Part shown: one piece after another, positions 17,567-26,851 of the stretch
How positions within the stretch are numbered: position 1 is the first letter of the stretch
How the letters are laid out: every line of letters starts with the position of its first letter
Origin: Clostridia bacterium
Lineage (GTDB): Bacteria; Bacillota; Clostridia; UBA1381
Assembly: GCA_022768695.1 (NCBI GenBank)
Contig: JALEPO010000135.1
Location: forward strand, 879-64,878
DNA length: 64,000 nucleotides
Direction of reading: 5' to 3'
The notes under the pieces: generated by a model
Database searches by the model: none
The model's input: the letters and a program-made list of their open reading frames with translations, nothing else
What the model was told of the DNA's origin: nothing
Made by a program: the position numbers and the translations under genes

Positions 17567-17827
17567 ATGATTATTGGCAGAGTATACGGCAGCGTTGTAT
17601 CGACGCATAAGCTTGAAGCTCTTGTAGGCTACAAATTTATGTTGGTGCAATGCATCGAAAAAAATGAATTGGTTGATAAATTCCTTGTTGCTGTTGACGG
17701 AGTGGGCGCAGGTATCGGAGAAGATGTAATAATCACAGAGGGTTCAAGCGCCAGAAAGGCTTTAAATAAGCCCGATGTTCCGGTTGACGCAGTTATCGTG
17801 GGAATTTTAGATGAAAAACAGGCTTAG
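17567..17827 (+). CDS. BMC-P pentameric vertex protein (EutN/CcmL/PduN family)
   Basis: 86 aa: MIIGRVYGSVVSTHK...LVAVDGVGAG..GEDVIITEGSSAR. Confidence 0.85.
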   Translation: MIIGRVYGSVVSTHKLEALVGYKFMLVQCIEKNELVDKFLVAVDGVGAGIGEDVIITEGSSARKALNKPDVPVDAVIVGILDEKQA

Positions 17828-18046
17828 CGCTATAATTAAAAATAAGATGTCCGGTGCCTTTGCGGTATCGGGGGCAGTTACTTTTTTCAGCGGCGGTATA
17901 ATGTACCGCTGAAAATCAAATAACAGTGCGCAGGATTGGGGCAATGCCCTGTGTTGATGCCGCGGCAGTGTGTTTTTTTGCGGCAGAAAATGAGTTTTAA
18001 AGCAGTATGAAGTCAAAGCGATTTTACATTTTGGGGAGGAAGCATC

Positions 18047-19381
18047 ATGGTATTTGAGGAGCTTCAAAAGATTGTTTATGAGGCCGGAATTGTAGGCGCG
18101 GGAGGTGCCGGATTTCCGACTCACAGAAAATTTTCTGATAAGGTGAAGCAGATTGTTGTAAATGCGGCAGAATGTGAGCCTTTGATGATGGTTGACCATC
18201 ATATTTTAGAGCATCACTTGCAGTCGCTTGTAGATACTCTGAATATTTTGATTGATACAATGGGCGCAGATGAGGCGATTATAGGAATTAAGGGTAAGAA
18301 TATGCATCTTCTTGATTCTAAAATTGTTGCGTCGCTTGAGGGAACAAAGGTTAAAATTAAAGAAATTCCCGATATTTATCCGGCAGGTGATGAGGTGGTT
18401 TTAACATATGAAACAACGGGAAAAATTATTCCTGAAGGCTCAATTCCTGTCATGGTAGGCGTTATGGTTATAAATGTTGAAACCATTTATAACATTCATC
18501 AGGCATTGACGAAGAGTGCGCCTGTAACGGAAAAATATATAACAATCGGCGGTGATGTTCCGGAGGATATAACCGTAAAAGCGCCGATTGGCATGAAAAT
18601 AAGCGAGCTGCTTGCAGCATCAGGCTATAAAAATCTTGAGGATAAGGAAATTATTAACGGCGGACCTATGATGGGTAAGCTTGTGGATATTGAAAATGAT
18701 GTTGTCACAAAGACAACAAAGGGTCTTCTTGTTTTTCCAAAGACACATTCAATTATTCAGCGTAAAAAGATGCCGATTTCTATGACTTTAAAGCGTGCAT
18801 CGGCAGCTTGCTGCAATTGTACGATGTGTTCCGATATGTGTCCGAGAAATCTTCTCGGATATGACCTTCATGTACATAAAACGGTTCGCGCAGCATCTCA
18901 CAGCGAGGTTAATGATTCCGAAAGCTTCTTGCAGTCGGCGCTGTGCTGCGGTTGTGGTATATGTACAGTAATCGCCTGCCAGCAGATGCTTGATCCGCAG
19001 AAAATTTCAATGGAAATCAAAGGCTCACTTGCTAAGCATGGATTAAGACGTCAGAACAATAAGGCTCCTGAAAAGGTTAGAGAAGAAAGAGCATCAAGAC
19101 TTGTTTCTTCTTCAGTTCTTATTGATAGACTGGGTATCAGAAAATATGTTAAGCCAAGTGTTGAAAGAAGATATATTGAATTTAATCCGGATAAGGTTTA
19201 TATCGAGCTCAAGCAGCACGTTGGAAAGCCTGCTGCGGCAACGGTTAAGCCCGGCGATAAGGTAACAGTAGGTCAGGTTGTTGCTCAGACAGCTTATGAG
19301 GATCTTGGTACAACTATGCATTCAAGCATAAACGGTAAGGTCAGTGCTGTAACCGACAGATTTGTTATTATAGAAAAGTAG
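18047..19381 (+). CDS. PduS-like / RnfC-like flavin and 2x[4Fe-4S] oxidoreductase
   Basis: GAGGAGFPTHRKF nucleotide/flavin motif, an SLBB-like middle region, and two Cys clusters (CCNCTMCSDMCP and CCGCGICTVIAC). Confidence 0.8.
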   Translation: MVFEELQKIVYEAGIVGAGGAGFPTHRKFSDKVKQIVVNAAECEPLMMVDHHILEHHLQSLVDTLNILIDTMGADEAIIGIKGKNMHLLDSKIVASLEGTKVKIKEIPDIYPAGDEVVLTYETTGKIIPEGSIPVMVGVMVINVETIYNIHQALTKSAPVTEKYITIGGDVPEDITVKAPIGMKISELLAASGYKNLEDKEIINGGPMMGKLVDIENDVVTKTTKGLLVFPKTHSIIQRKKMPISMTLKRASAACCNCTMCSDMCPRNLLGYDLHVHKTVRAASHSEVNDSESFLQSALCCGCGICTVIACQQMLDPQKISMEIKGSLAKHGLRRQNNKAPEKVREERASRLVSSSVLIDRLGIRKYVKPSVERRYIEFNPDKVYIELKQHVGKPAAATVKPGDKVTVGQVVAQTAYEDLGTTMHSSINGKVSAVTDRFVIIEK

Positions 19382-19392
19382 GTGGATGAAAT

Positions 19393-19938
19393 ATGAATTC
19401 TATTGGTTTGGTTGAAGTTAAAAATGTTTCAAAGGGCGTAGTTGTTACCGATGAGATGCTAAAGAGTGCCGGCGTTACGCTTATAAGCTCGGGTTCGGTA
19501 TGCCCCGGTAAATTTGTTACAATTGTCGGCGGAGAGCTTTCTGCTATTCATGCGGCGGTTGACCGCGCGGAATTGATTGCGGAGGACGCTTTGATTGATA
19601 AGTTTGTTATCGGTAATCTTGGCGATAACGTTTATGAAGCTGTATGCGGTACAGCTGTTGTAACTGAAAAGAAGGCGTTTGGCATAGTTGAAACATTTAC
19701 TGCCGCAAGCGCTATTCAGGCTGCTGATGCTGCTGTCAAGTCGGGCGATATTGAGCTTATTGAGGTTCGCGTTGCGCGCGGTATGGCAGGTAAGTGCTTT
19801 GTTTCGATGACGGGTGATGTTGCAGACGTAAGAGCCGGTGTTGAAGCAGGTGCAAGAATTGCCGCTGAACAGGGTGTTTTGATTAACACTGAGGTTATTG
19901 CAAATCCGCATCCTGAATTGTGGGAAGCAGTTCTATAA
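19393..19938 (+). CDS. BMC-T tandem-domain shell protein, PduT-like with conserved pore Cys
   Basis: Two BMC domains in 181 aa. SVC37PGKF matches the PduT [4Fe-4S]-ligand context (ICPGKF). Confidence 0.8.
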   Translation: MNSIGLVEVKNVSKGVVVTDEMLKSAGVTLISSGSVCPGKFVTIVGGELSAIHAAVDRAELIAEDALIDKFVIGNLGDNVYEAVCGTAVVTEKKAFGIVETFTAASAIQAADAAVKSGDIELIEVRVARGMAGKCFVSMTGDVADVRAGVEAGARIAAEQGVLINTEVIANPHPELWEAVL

Positions 19939-19945
19939 TTTTAAA

Positions 19946-19991
19946 ATAAATCAAAAAGAACAGCTAATATGGGCTGTTCTTTTTGATTTAT
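19946..19991. terminator. Terminator ending the BMC operon (19-bp perfect stem, bidirectional)
   Basis: ATAAATCAAAAAGAACAGC pairs with GCTGTTCTTTTTGATTTAT. The GC core AGAACAGC/GCTGTTCT is followed by T-runs. Confidence 0.75.
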
Positions 19992-20043
19992 AGGAATTTG
20001 CTCATAAGATTAAACAATAATTTATAATAGATTATAATAAATA

Positions 20044-20072
20044 TTGAAAAATCATGCATTGTATGTTAAAAT
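20044..20072 (+). promoter_or_regulatory. Candidate promoter of the DeoR gene (TTGAAA-17-TAAAAT)
   Basis: TTGAAA at 20044-20049 and TAAAAT at 20067-20072. Confidence 0.45.
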
Positions 20073-20103
20073 ACAATCATAAAATGAAAACGAGGTATTA
20101 CAT

Positions 20104-20868
20104 ATGCTTGCGGTTGAGAGAAGAAATCAGATAGAGCAGATAATAATAAAGAATAAAAGCGTTTTGGTGGTAGAATTAGCAAAGAAATTCGATGTTACAA
20201 CAGAAACCATTCGCGGCGACTTGGAAAAGCTTGAAAAGCAGGGTGTTCTTGTGCGAACCTACGGCGGAGCGACTTTGGTTGACAATAGCGGCACAGAGCT
20301 TGCGATAACAGAGCGAGATGTTATAAATTATGAGGGTAAGCAGCGAATTGGTCAACGCGCGGCAGAGCTGATAAAGGACGGTGAAACGATTTTTCTTGAC
20401 GCAAGTACCTCCGCATGGCATCTTGCCAGATGCATAAAGGATAAATTCGGCATTACGGTTATAACAAATGCCGATAAAATTGTTTCTGAGCTTTCAGACT
20501 GTAACGATATTCATGTTATCTGCACGGGTGGACAGCTTACGGCGAGAAATATGTCTTTTGTGGGCAGAACCGCTGAAAAAACAATCCGGGAAAATTACTA
20601 TGCAAATAAATTTTTCTTTTCCTGCAAGGGTATAACTCTCGGCAGAGGGTTGGTGGACAGCAGCGAGGCGGAAGCGGAAATAAAAAAGGCTATGCTTGAT
20701 TGCAGTGAGTCGGCGGTTTTTTTGTGCGACAAGAATAAAATAGGCAGATTGGGTGTTCCCCAGATTTCCGGACTTGACAGGATTGACTGTGTGGTAACAG
20801 ACGCTAAGCTCGCTGAGGAATGGACTAATGAGCTTGCAAATGCGGATGTAAAGCTTATTACTGTGTAA
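20104..20868 (+). CDS. DeoR/GlpR-family transcriptional regulator
   Basis: N-terminal HTH (RRNQIEQIIIKNKSVLVVELAKKFDVTTETIRGDLEKLEKQG) plus a DeoR C-terminal sugar-phosphate sensor domain. Confidence 0.85.
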   Translation: MLAVERRNQIEQIIIKNKSVLVVELAKKFDVTTETIRGDLEKLEKQGVLVRTYGGATLVDNSGTELAITERDVINYEGKQRIGQRAAELIKDGETIFLDASTSAWHLARCIKDKFGITVITNADKIVSELSDCNDIHVICTGGQLTARNMSFVGRTAEKTIRENYYANKFFFSCKGITLGRGLVDSSEAEAEIKKAMLDCSESAVFLCDKNKIGRLGVPQISGLDRIDCVVTDAKLAEEWTNELANADVKLITV

Positions 20869-21040
20869 CAAAAAGCATATGATGAAATGTAAAAAGGTTA
20901 ATTAAATAAATTACTTTTTTTTAAACTATAATATCGGATTTTTATATATCATTTTTTTTGAAAATGCGTTACAATTAAATTATTAATAAGATAGTATGCG
21001 TATTACGGCATATGAGTACGGAAAGAAAGGGAGATAAAAA

Positions 21041-21805
21041 ATGAAGAAGAAATTAATTTCAATTATTGCAGCTGCTGCGATGTGTATTCAGGCTGCTGCT
21101 ATGCCTATCCTTGCAAACGCCGAGGCTTCGGCAACTTACATCACAAATTCTGATTTTTCAGACTGTGCTGTGGGCGGCGCTGAAAAAGGATATTACGGAC
21201 TTAACATCATTGAGGACGGTGGTCCATGGCTTTCAAAGGGTTCGTCAGACCGCCATGGTGAAACATTCCTGCATGATGACCAAAGAAATGTAAACTACTG
21301 CGAGATGTATTCGATTTCAGAAAAACAAGGCGCTTACGGCGCAGGCTCATTCTATATGTACCAGAGAGATACAACTGCAAATTACACAAAGGAATATGGT
21401 TTGTGTGAATTTGATGTTCGTATGCACGATGGAAAATATCAGCTGATGTTTGGTGATTTTACTGACCCTACATCAAATACTAACTACATTGCAGGTTCAA
21501 TAGTTTTTGATACAACTACAATCAAGGCTTCAAATAAGGGTTCAGATGTTTTAGTTGCTTCTATTGAGGCTGAAAAATGGTATCATGTAAAAATTACTGT
21601 AAATAATATATTCCAGGAGTATAGTGTTCAGGTTTCCGATTTAAACGGTAAGGTTATCGGAGCCGCTGAGAATCTTGGATATGTTCAGTCACAGGCTACC
21701 GGTATCAGAATTTGGTGCTTCGGTTATATTAAAAATGCCGGTGCATATCGCTATGATTTGACAAATGTTACTATTGCCAAGGGCTCAGAGAAATTTACTT
21801 TTTAA
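21041..21805 (+). CDS. Secreted protein of unknown function (signal peptide; beta-sandwich-like)
   Basis: The signal peptide is MKKKLISIIAAAAMCIQAAAMPILANA. No motif recognised. Confidence 0.5.
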   Translation: MKKKLISIIAAAAMCIQAAAMPILANAEASATYITNSDFSDCAVGGAEKGYYGLNIIEDGGPWLSKGSSDRHGETFLHDDQRNVNYCEMYSISEKQGAYGAGSFYMYQRDTTANYTKEYGLCEFDVRMHDGKYQLMFGDFTDPTSNTNYIAGSIVFDTTTIKASNKGSDVLVASIEAEKWYHVKITVNNIFQEYSVQVSDLNGKVIGAAENLGYVQSQATGIRIWCFGYIKNAGAYRYDLTNVTIAKGSEKFTF

Positions 21806-21999
21806 GCAATAGAAATGTATTGTAACTCCGATGGAAGCTGTTTCTGTCGGAGTTTTTCTTTGATAAACTGAATATATTCCAATAACCATTAACTCCTTTT
21901 TCAAATTTTGTCTTTAAGTGGTAAAATATTATACTTGAAATTGAAAAAAAAATCGTGTATAATATTAGTAACAGATAAACAGCGGCAAGGAGGAAGACT

Positions 22000-23223
22000 A
22001 TGTATAAGGTAGATTCTACCATACATGGCTTGGATCGTACAGACGCAGCAATAAAATTTGAGCAAATGGTCCTTAATGAGGCTGAACGAGTAAAACCTAT
22101 AATCAGAGAACAGTTTCTTAGGGAGTACATATTGGGTTTGGGCGACACAGCCGAAACCTTTGACATATATTGTAAAACATTTAATGTTGACAGCCTTACG
22201 GAAACAAGGATGGTTATTTTAAAACCGTTTGAGGAGCAAAATGATTTGTTCTTTCTGAAAAATATGACGGAACAAACCATCGGTGAGAACAGATTGCTTC
22301 TATGTACTGAATTTCGCAATTATATTTTGTTGATTACAGATATTTTGGATAATTATGAGCTTATACAAAATCTTGAAAAAATCAGGAAAATAGTTTATGC
22401 GTGTTATGGATATGACGTTACAGCAATCTACAGTGATATAATGCGTATATCAGATGCTCCGGTAGGCTATGAACGGTTGGATGAATGTCTTGGATATTTG
22501 TTCTATGCTGACGATTCTAAGATTTTGTATGAGAATGAAATAAAAAACAACAGAAATTCTATAAGCATAAGACCGCATTATGGAAATGTCGAGCATGCTG
22601 TAAAAAATGGTGACGCTGATAAATCAAAAGTGCTGCTTAATACTTTTTTTTCTTCACTTGAAAGCTCAACACCAAGTCCGGCAGTTGCAAAAACATATTG
22701 CCTTGAGTTATATGTTTGTATTATACGCTGCTGTGCGGTAGAAAAAATTGATAAATATATGAAGGGTATCGTTACAATTCAGGAGGCAAAGTCGTTAAGT
22801 GAAATTAAGAGCTTTATAACTGAAAAGGCTAATGAAATTATAACGGCAAATGCTCCTAAAAATCTAAAAATTTACAGCTCGCTGATTAAAGATACCATAT
22901 GCGTAATTGATGAAAATATTGAAAATGAGAATTTATCACTGCGGTGGATTGCCAAAACCATTCTGTATACTAATGTAGATTATCTTGGAAAGCTGTTTAA
23001 AAAGGAAACAGGCAAGAATTTTTCTCATTATGTTATGGAGAAACGTATGGAAATGGCAAAAAGTCTTATAATGGAAGGTAAAAAGGATAAGATATACGAG
23101 GTTGCTGAAAAGGTAGGCTACGGTTCAAATTCTCAGTATTTCAGTCAGGTATTTAAGAAATATACCGGGGTATCTCCGTTGGAATACAAGGAATTTGCGC
23201 GAATTGCCGTAAATGACATTTAA
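22000..23223 (+). CDS. AraC-family transcriptional regulator (YesN-like body without a receiver domain)
   Basis: C-terminal double HTH: LSLRWIAKTILYTNVDYLGKLFKKETG...VAEKVGYGSNSQYFSQVFKKYTGVSPLEY. Confidence 0.75.
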   Translation: MYKVDSTIHGLDRTDAAIKFEQMVLNEAERVKPIIREQFLREYILGLGDTAETFDIYCKTFNVDSLTETRMVILKPFEEQNDLFFLKNMTEQTIGENRLLLCTEFRNYILLITDILDNYELIQNLEKIRKIVYACYGYDVTAIYSDIMRISDAPVGYERLDECLGYLFYADDSKILYENEIKNNRNSISIRPHYGNVEHAVKNGDADKSKVLLNTFFSSLESSTPSPAVAKTYCLELYVCIIRCCAVEKIDKYMKGIVTIQEAKSLSEIKSFITEKANEIITANAPKNLKIYSSLIKDTICVIDENIENENLSLRWIAKTILYTNVDYLGKLFKKETGKNFSHYVMEKRMEMAKSLIMEGKKDKIYEVAEKVGYGSNSQYFSQVFKKYTGVSPLEYKEFARIAVNDI

Positions 23224-23465
23224 CACTGATTTTTAAACAAAAAACACTGTTTTTTAACTGTTTACAATAGTAATAATATTATATAATCATTTAGCTAAAA
23301 TAGATGAAATTACTTTTATGTTAATAAAATTTGGGTTAAATCCAAATTCTATTATAAAGCTTCTGAATCATACTGTATGGTATGGCTTTGAAGACGCTTT
23401 TGATCGGAAAGCCGCAGTCTATGTGATTTTCCGATAAATAAAAAATTATTTATGGAGGTATTCAC

Positions 23466-26400
23466 ATGAGTGGAAAAATGAAAAAGCTAATCTGCGCAAT
23501 GTTGGCAAGCACAATGCTTGTATCTTCAATCGGATTAGTAGGTTTTGCGGCTGATACAGAAACAGCGGCAGAAACAACAGCTGTAGAAGCAACAGAAACT
23601 CCTGCGGAAGCAACAGAAGCTCCGGCAGCAGAAGCAACAGAGGCTCCCGCTGCGGAAGCAACAGAAGCTCCTGCGGAAGCAACAGAGGCTCCGGCAGCAG
23701 AAGCAACAGAGGCTCCGGCAGCTGCAACAGCAGCTCCTGTGGCAGAGTCATCAATGTATGAAGATGACGCTTATTATCAGAAAGCACTTTCATTATGTAA
23801 GGCTTTAGGGATTATTACAGGTTATGAGGATGGCAGCGTTAAGCCTGAATCAACTGTAACAAGAGCAGAAATGGCTGCTATTATCTTGAGAATGCTTAAC
23901 AGCAACTCAGCAAGCACATATCAGGGTATTTTCTCTGACGTAACAGCAGAGCACTGGGCTGCAGGCACAATTCAGACTGCTGCTGCTTTGAAGATCGTTA
24001 ACGGTATGGGCGACGGAACATTCCAGCCGGACGGTAACGTTACATATGAGCAGGTTGCAAAGATGATTGTTTGCGCAATGAACTTTGGTGAAACAGGCGA
24101 ATATTACGGCGGATATCCAAATGGTTATTTGAAGGCTGCTGCTGATATGAATATTACAAAGAACGCTGCCGGTACAACTGGTGTTGCATCAGAGCGTGGT
24201 GTTGTAATTAAGATGGTTTATAACGCATTGCTTGCAGATTACAATGAGCCTAACGGTACAGAGTACGGTAAGCCTGTATTCAAGGCTGAAAGAACACTTG
24301 CTGAGTATGCGTTTGACGTAAAAGAGGACAAGGGTATTCTTTTAGGTACATCAACAACATCACTTACTGGTAAGGATCTTTTGGACGGTCAGGTTATGAT
24401 TGATGAACAAATTTACTCAACAGACCTTAAGGACTTAGACTCAATCCTTGCTTCAAATGTTACTTTCTACTATGCAGATGAGGATAACGGTGATAACAAG
24501 AAGCTTCTTGCTATTGTTGAAAACTCATTAAAGACAGAAACAGTAACGCTTGACAATGCAAAGGTTAATGACATTGAAGAATTCAACGGCTTTGATAATG
24601 ACACAGCAACAGGTGAAATCAAGCTGTATGGTTCAAAGAGATATAAGATTGCAAAGGATCCTATGGTTGTTTATAACGGTTCAGTTATAACAGAAAAGGA
24701 TTTTGATGATGCAAAGGCAAAGAATCCAAAGGATGTAAGATTTGTTGGTAAGAGCTATAATGATTTCTTACAGCCTTCAGTGGGTACAATCAAGCTTGTT
24801 GAAAACAACAGCGAAGTAGACGGCTATGATATAGTATTCGTAGACGCGTATGAAACACTTCTTGTTGCTTCAGCAACAGATAAGAAGGTTACAGGTAAGA
24901 TTAGTGGCGAGGGCGTATCAATTACTGTTGATGAGAATGCAAATGATTTAACAATTAAGACAACCATCAACAATATGGAAGCTGCTCCAAGAAATCTTAA
25001 GAAAGATAACGTAGCATCACTTAAGAGAAGTCTTGACAACACAAATCTTGAATTTACTGTAACAGGCGAAAGCATCACAGGTTCAGCTAAGAGTGTTGTA
25101 ACAGAAGATGGTAAGCTTTACGCAACAATTAACAATACAAAATATGAGGTAGATAAGAACGCTGAAGACAATTGCAAGATTGGTTCGCAGGCTATATTCT
25201 ATCTTGATATGTTCGACAGAATTGGTTTCATCGACGGCGCTTCAGCAGGCAGACTTCAGTCAGGTGAAGCTTACGGCTGGCTTATGGGAGCTTATGAGTC
25301 AGAAGATAAGGAAGACCTTATTGTTAAGATAATGACTCAGGACGGTAAGGCAGAAGAATTCAAAGTTGCAACTTCAGTTACATACTGGGCTCCGAATAAT
25401 ATAACAGGCTCAGAAAAAATATCAAAGGCAAAATTTGAAGAAAGCATAAAGGATGCCATTGATAATGACAAGTTCCCTCATATGTGGAAGGGTACAAGAC
25501 ACACAGACGGTACAACAGCTGACGGTGAAAGAAGATATTCATGGGAGCCTTTGTACTCAATCCGTCTTGTAAAATATAAGGTCAACTCAAATAAGGAAAT
25601 AACAAAGTTCTACGGTGCTGTAAACGTTGTTAATGAAGCTGAAAAGTACTACAGTGCATCTTCAGACTACGTTAAGAACGGTAAGAATATCACAGATCCA
25701 TATGTAGACAGTGATACAGCTGCATCGCTAAAGGCTTCAGACGCTCTTATCTTTGATATGACTTCAAAGGCAGGAAGCACTCTTGTCGGCGGTATGACAG
25801 GCGGATATTCAATTACAGATGATATACTTGAATTTAAGGTTCCTAACAACGCAAATAACTATTCAAAGGCAGGCGCTTATAAAATAGGTAACGTAGTAGC
25901 TTCAGTATATAATCAGAGAGAAAACGGTGTGGCAGACGACTATATCCTTGCTGATATGGACGGTGCTTCTCCGGCTGTACTTATCAGATTTATTGCTGAC
26001 GCAACTGTTCCGGGTTCACCTGCTGATATGGATAATGTTGCCAATACTCCTGCTATGGTAGTTGATACAATAGCAAGAGGCGCTGACGAGGATGAAAATA
26101 CAATCTATCAGATTTCAGGATTCTCAGGCGGTTCAGAGTTGTCAGTAACAACAAACAGTGCAAGTGCTTGTGCAGAGCTTACAGGATATAATGATAAGAA
26201 GTATGCTATAGGTGATATTCTTTGGGATGCTAACAGCTCAACATCATTGGATTCAGTTATTCATAAGGGTGATATAATCATTTCTGACGGTACAAATATC
26301 CTTGTATATTCATGTGTAAAGGATATATACGAAAAGCTTCAGAATGGTGAAAGCATCAGCAAGTATGTAGCTGGTTCAAATACACGTAACTACTTCAAGT

Positions 26401-26687
26401 TTGACGCTGTAACCGATTACGAGGTTGACGATCCGTCAATGCTTACTATCGGCTCAGAAACATTCTCATTTGATGCTTCAAAGGCTATGGCTACTGTAGA
26501 AATTGACCTTGCTAAGCCGATTGAAAGTGCTGTTAATATTCTTAAGGAAACAAGCACAGTTTCAGATCTGAACGTTTATGACGAAGCAGAGGGTGGCGAC
26601 TATGCATTTGCAAGATTTGCTGATAAGGGTAACCTACAGGAAATCATTATCTACAGATTTATCAATGCAGATAAAATAAGCCAATAA
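23466..26687 (+). CDS. Large SLH-domain surface (S-layer-like) protein
   Basis: Signal peptide, Thr/Glu/Ala/Pro repeat linker, SLH repeats (ALGIITGYEDGSVKPESTVTRAEMAAIILRML; FSDVTAEHWAAGTIQTA...GDGTFQPDGNVTYEQ), then a ~800-aa unknown region. Confidence 0.8.
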   Translation: MSGKMKKLICAMLASTMLVSSIGLVGFAADTETAAETTAVEATETPAEATEAPAAEATEAPAAEATEAPAEATEAPAAEATEAPAAATAAPVAESSMYEDDAYYQKALSLCKALGIITGYEDGSVKPESTVTRAEMAAIILRMLNSNSASTYQGIFSDVTAEHWAAGTIQTAAALKIVNGMGDGTFQPDGNVTYEQVAKMIVCAMNFGETGEYYGGYPNGYLKAAADMNITKNAAGTTGVASERGVVIKMVYNALLADYNEPNGTEYGKPVFKAERTLAEYAFDVKEDKGILLGTSTTSLTGKDLLDGQVMIDEQIYSTDLKDLDSILASNVTFYYADEDNGDNKKLLAIVENSLKTETVTLDNAKVNDIEEFNGFDNDTATGEIKLYGSKRYKIAKDPMVVYNGSVITEKDFDDAKAKNPKDVRFVGKSYNDFLQPSVGTIKLVENNSEVDGYDIVFVDAYETLLVASATDKKVTGKISGEGVSITVDENANDLTIKTTINNMEAAPRNLKKDNVASLKRSLDNTNLEFTVTGESITGSAKSVVTEDGKLYATINNTKYEVDKNAEDNCKIGSQAIFYLDMFDRIGFIDGASAGRLQSGEAYGWLMGAYESEDKEDLIVKIMTQDGKAEEFKVATSVTYWAPNNITGSEKISKAKFEESIKDAIDNDKFPHMWKGTRHTDGTTADGERRYSWEPLYSIRLVKYKVNSNKEITKFYGAVNVVNEAEKYYSASSDYVKNGKNITDPYVDSDTAASLKASDALIFDMTSKAGSTLVGGMTGGYSITDDILEFKVPNNANNYSKAGAYKIGNVVASVYNQRENGVADDYILADMDGASPAVLIRFIADATVPGSPADMDNVANTPAMVVDTIARGADEDENTIYQISGFSGGSELSVTTNSASACAELTGYNDKKYAIGDILWDANSSTSLDSVIHKGDIIISDGTNILVYSCVKDIYEKLQNGESISKYVAGSNTRNYFKFDAVTDYEVDDPSMLTIGSETFSFDASKAMATVEIDLAKPIESAVNILKETSTVSDLNVYDEAEGGDYAFARFADKGNLQEIIIYRFINADKISQ
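23586..23722 (+). repeat. In-frame 21/24-nt tandem repeats encoding (A)EATEAPA units
   Basis: GAAGCAACAGA(A/G)GCTCC(G/T)GC(A/G)GCA units are repeated about six times inside the SLH gene. Confidence 0.8.
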
Positions 26688-26705
26688 TTCTAATACAGAT
26701 AAAGG

Positions 26706-26738
26706 AACAATGGGTGTGTATCACCCATTGTTTTTTTT
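26706..26738 (+). terminator. Rho-independent terminator of the SLH gene
   Basis: AACAATGGGTG pairs with CACCCATTGTT and is followed by T8. Confidence 0.8.
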
Positions 26739-26851
26739 GTTTAAAATTTTTTATAAAAACTATGGAAATATGAGATGTATTATGATATAATTTAAAGATG
26801 ATAATATAGTAAAGTGCATTTTTATGTTTAAATTTAAGGAGGCGGATATAA

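Noticed and set aside
21795-22319. A 174-aa minus-strand ORF overlapping the end of the secreted-protein gene and the start of the AraC gene.
   Set aside because: It overlaps two better-supported plus-strand genes and has no RBS and no recognisable motif.
23586-23722. A CRISPR-like array. The same question applies to the repeat tracts at 36049-36178 and 41190-41400.
   Set aside because: The repeats are contiguous with no unique spacers. Their periods are multiples of 3, and they lie in frame inside long ORFs that encode low-complexity protein. They are coding tandem repeats.
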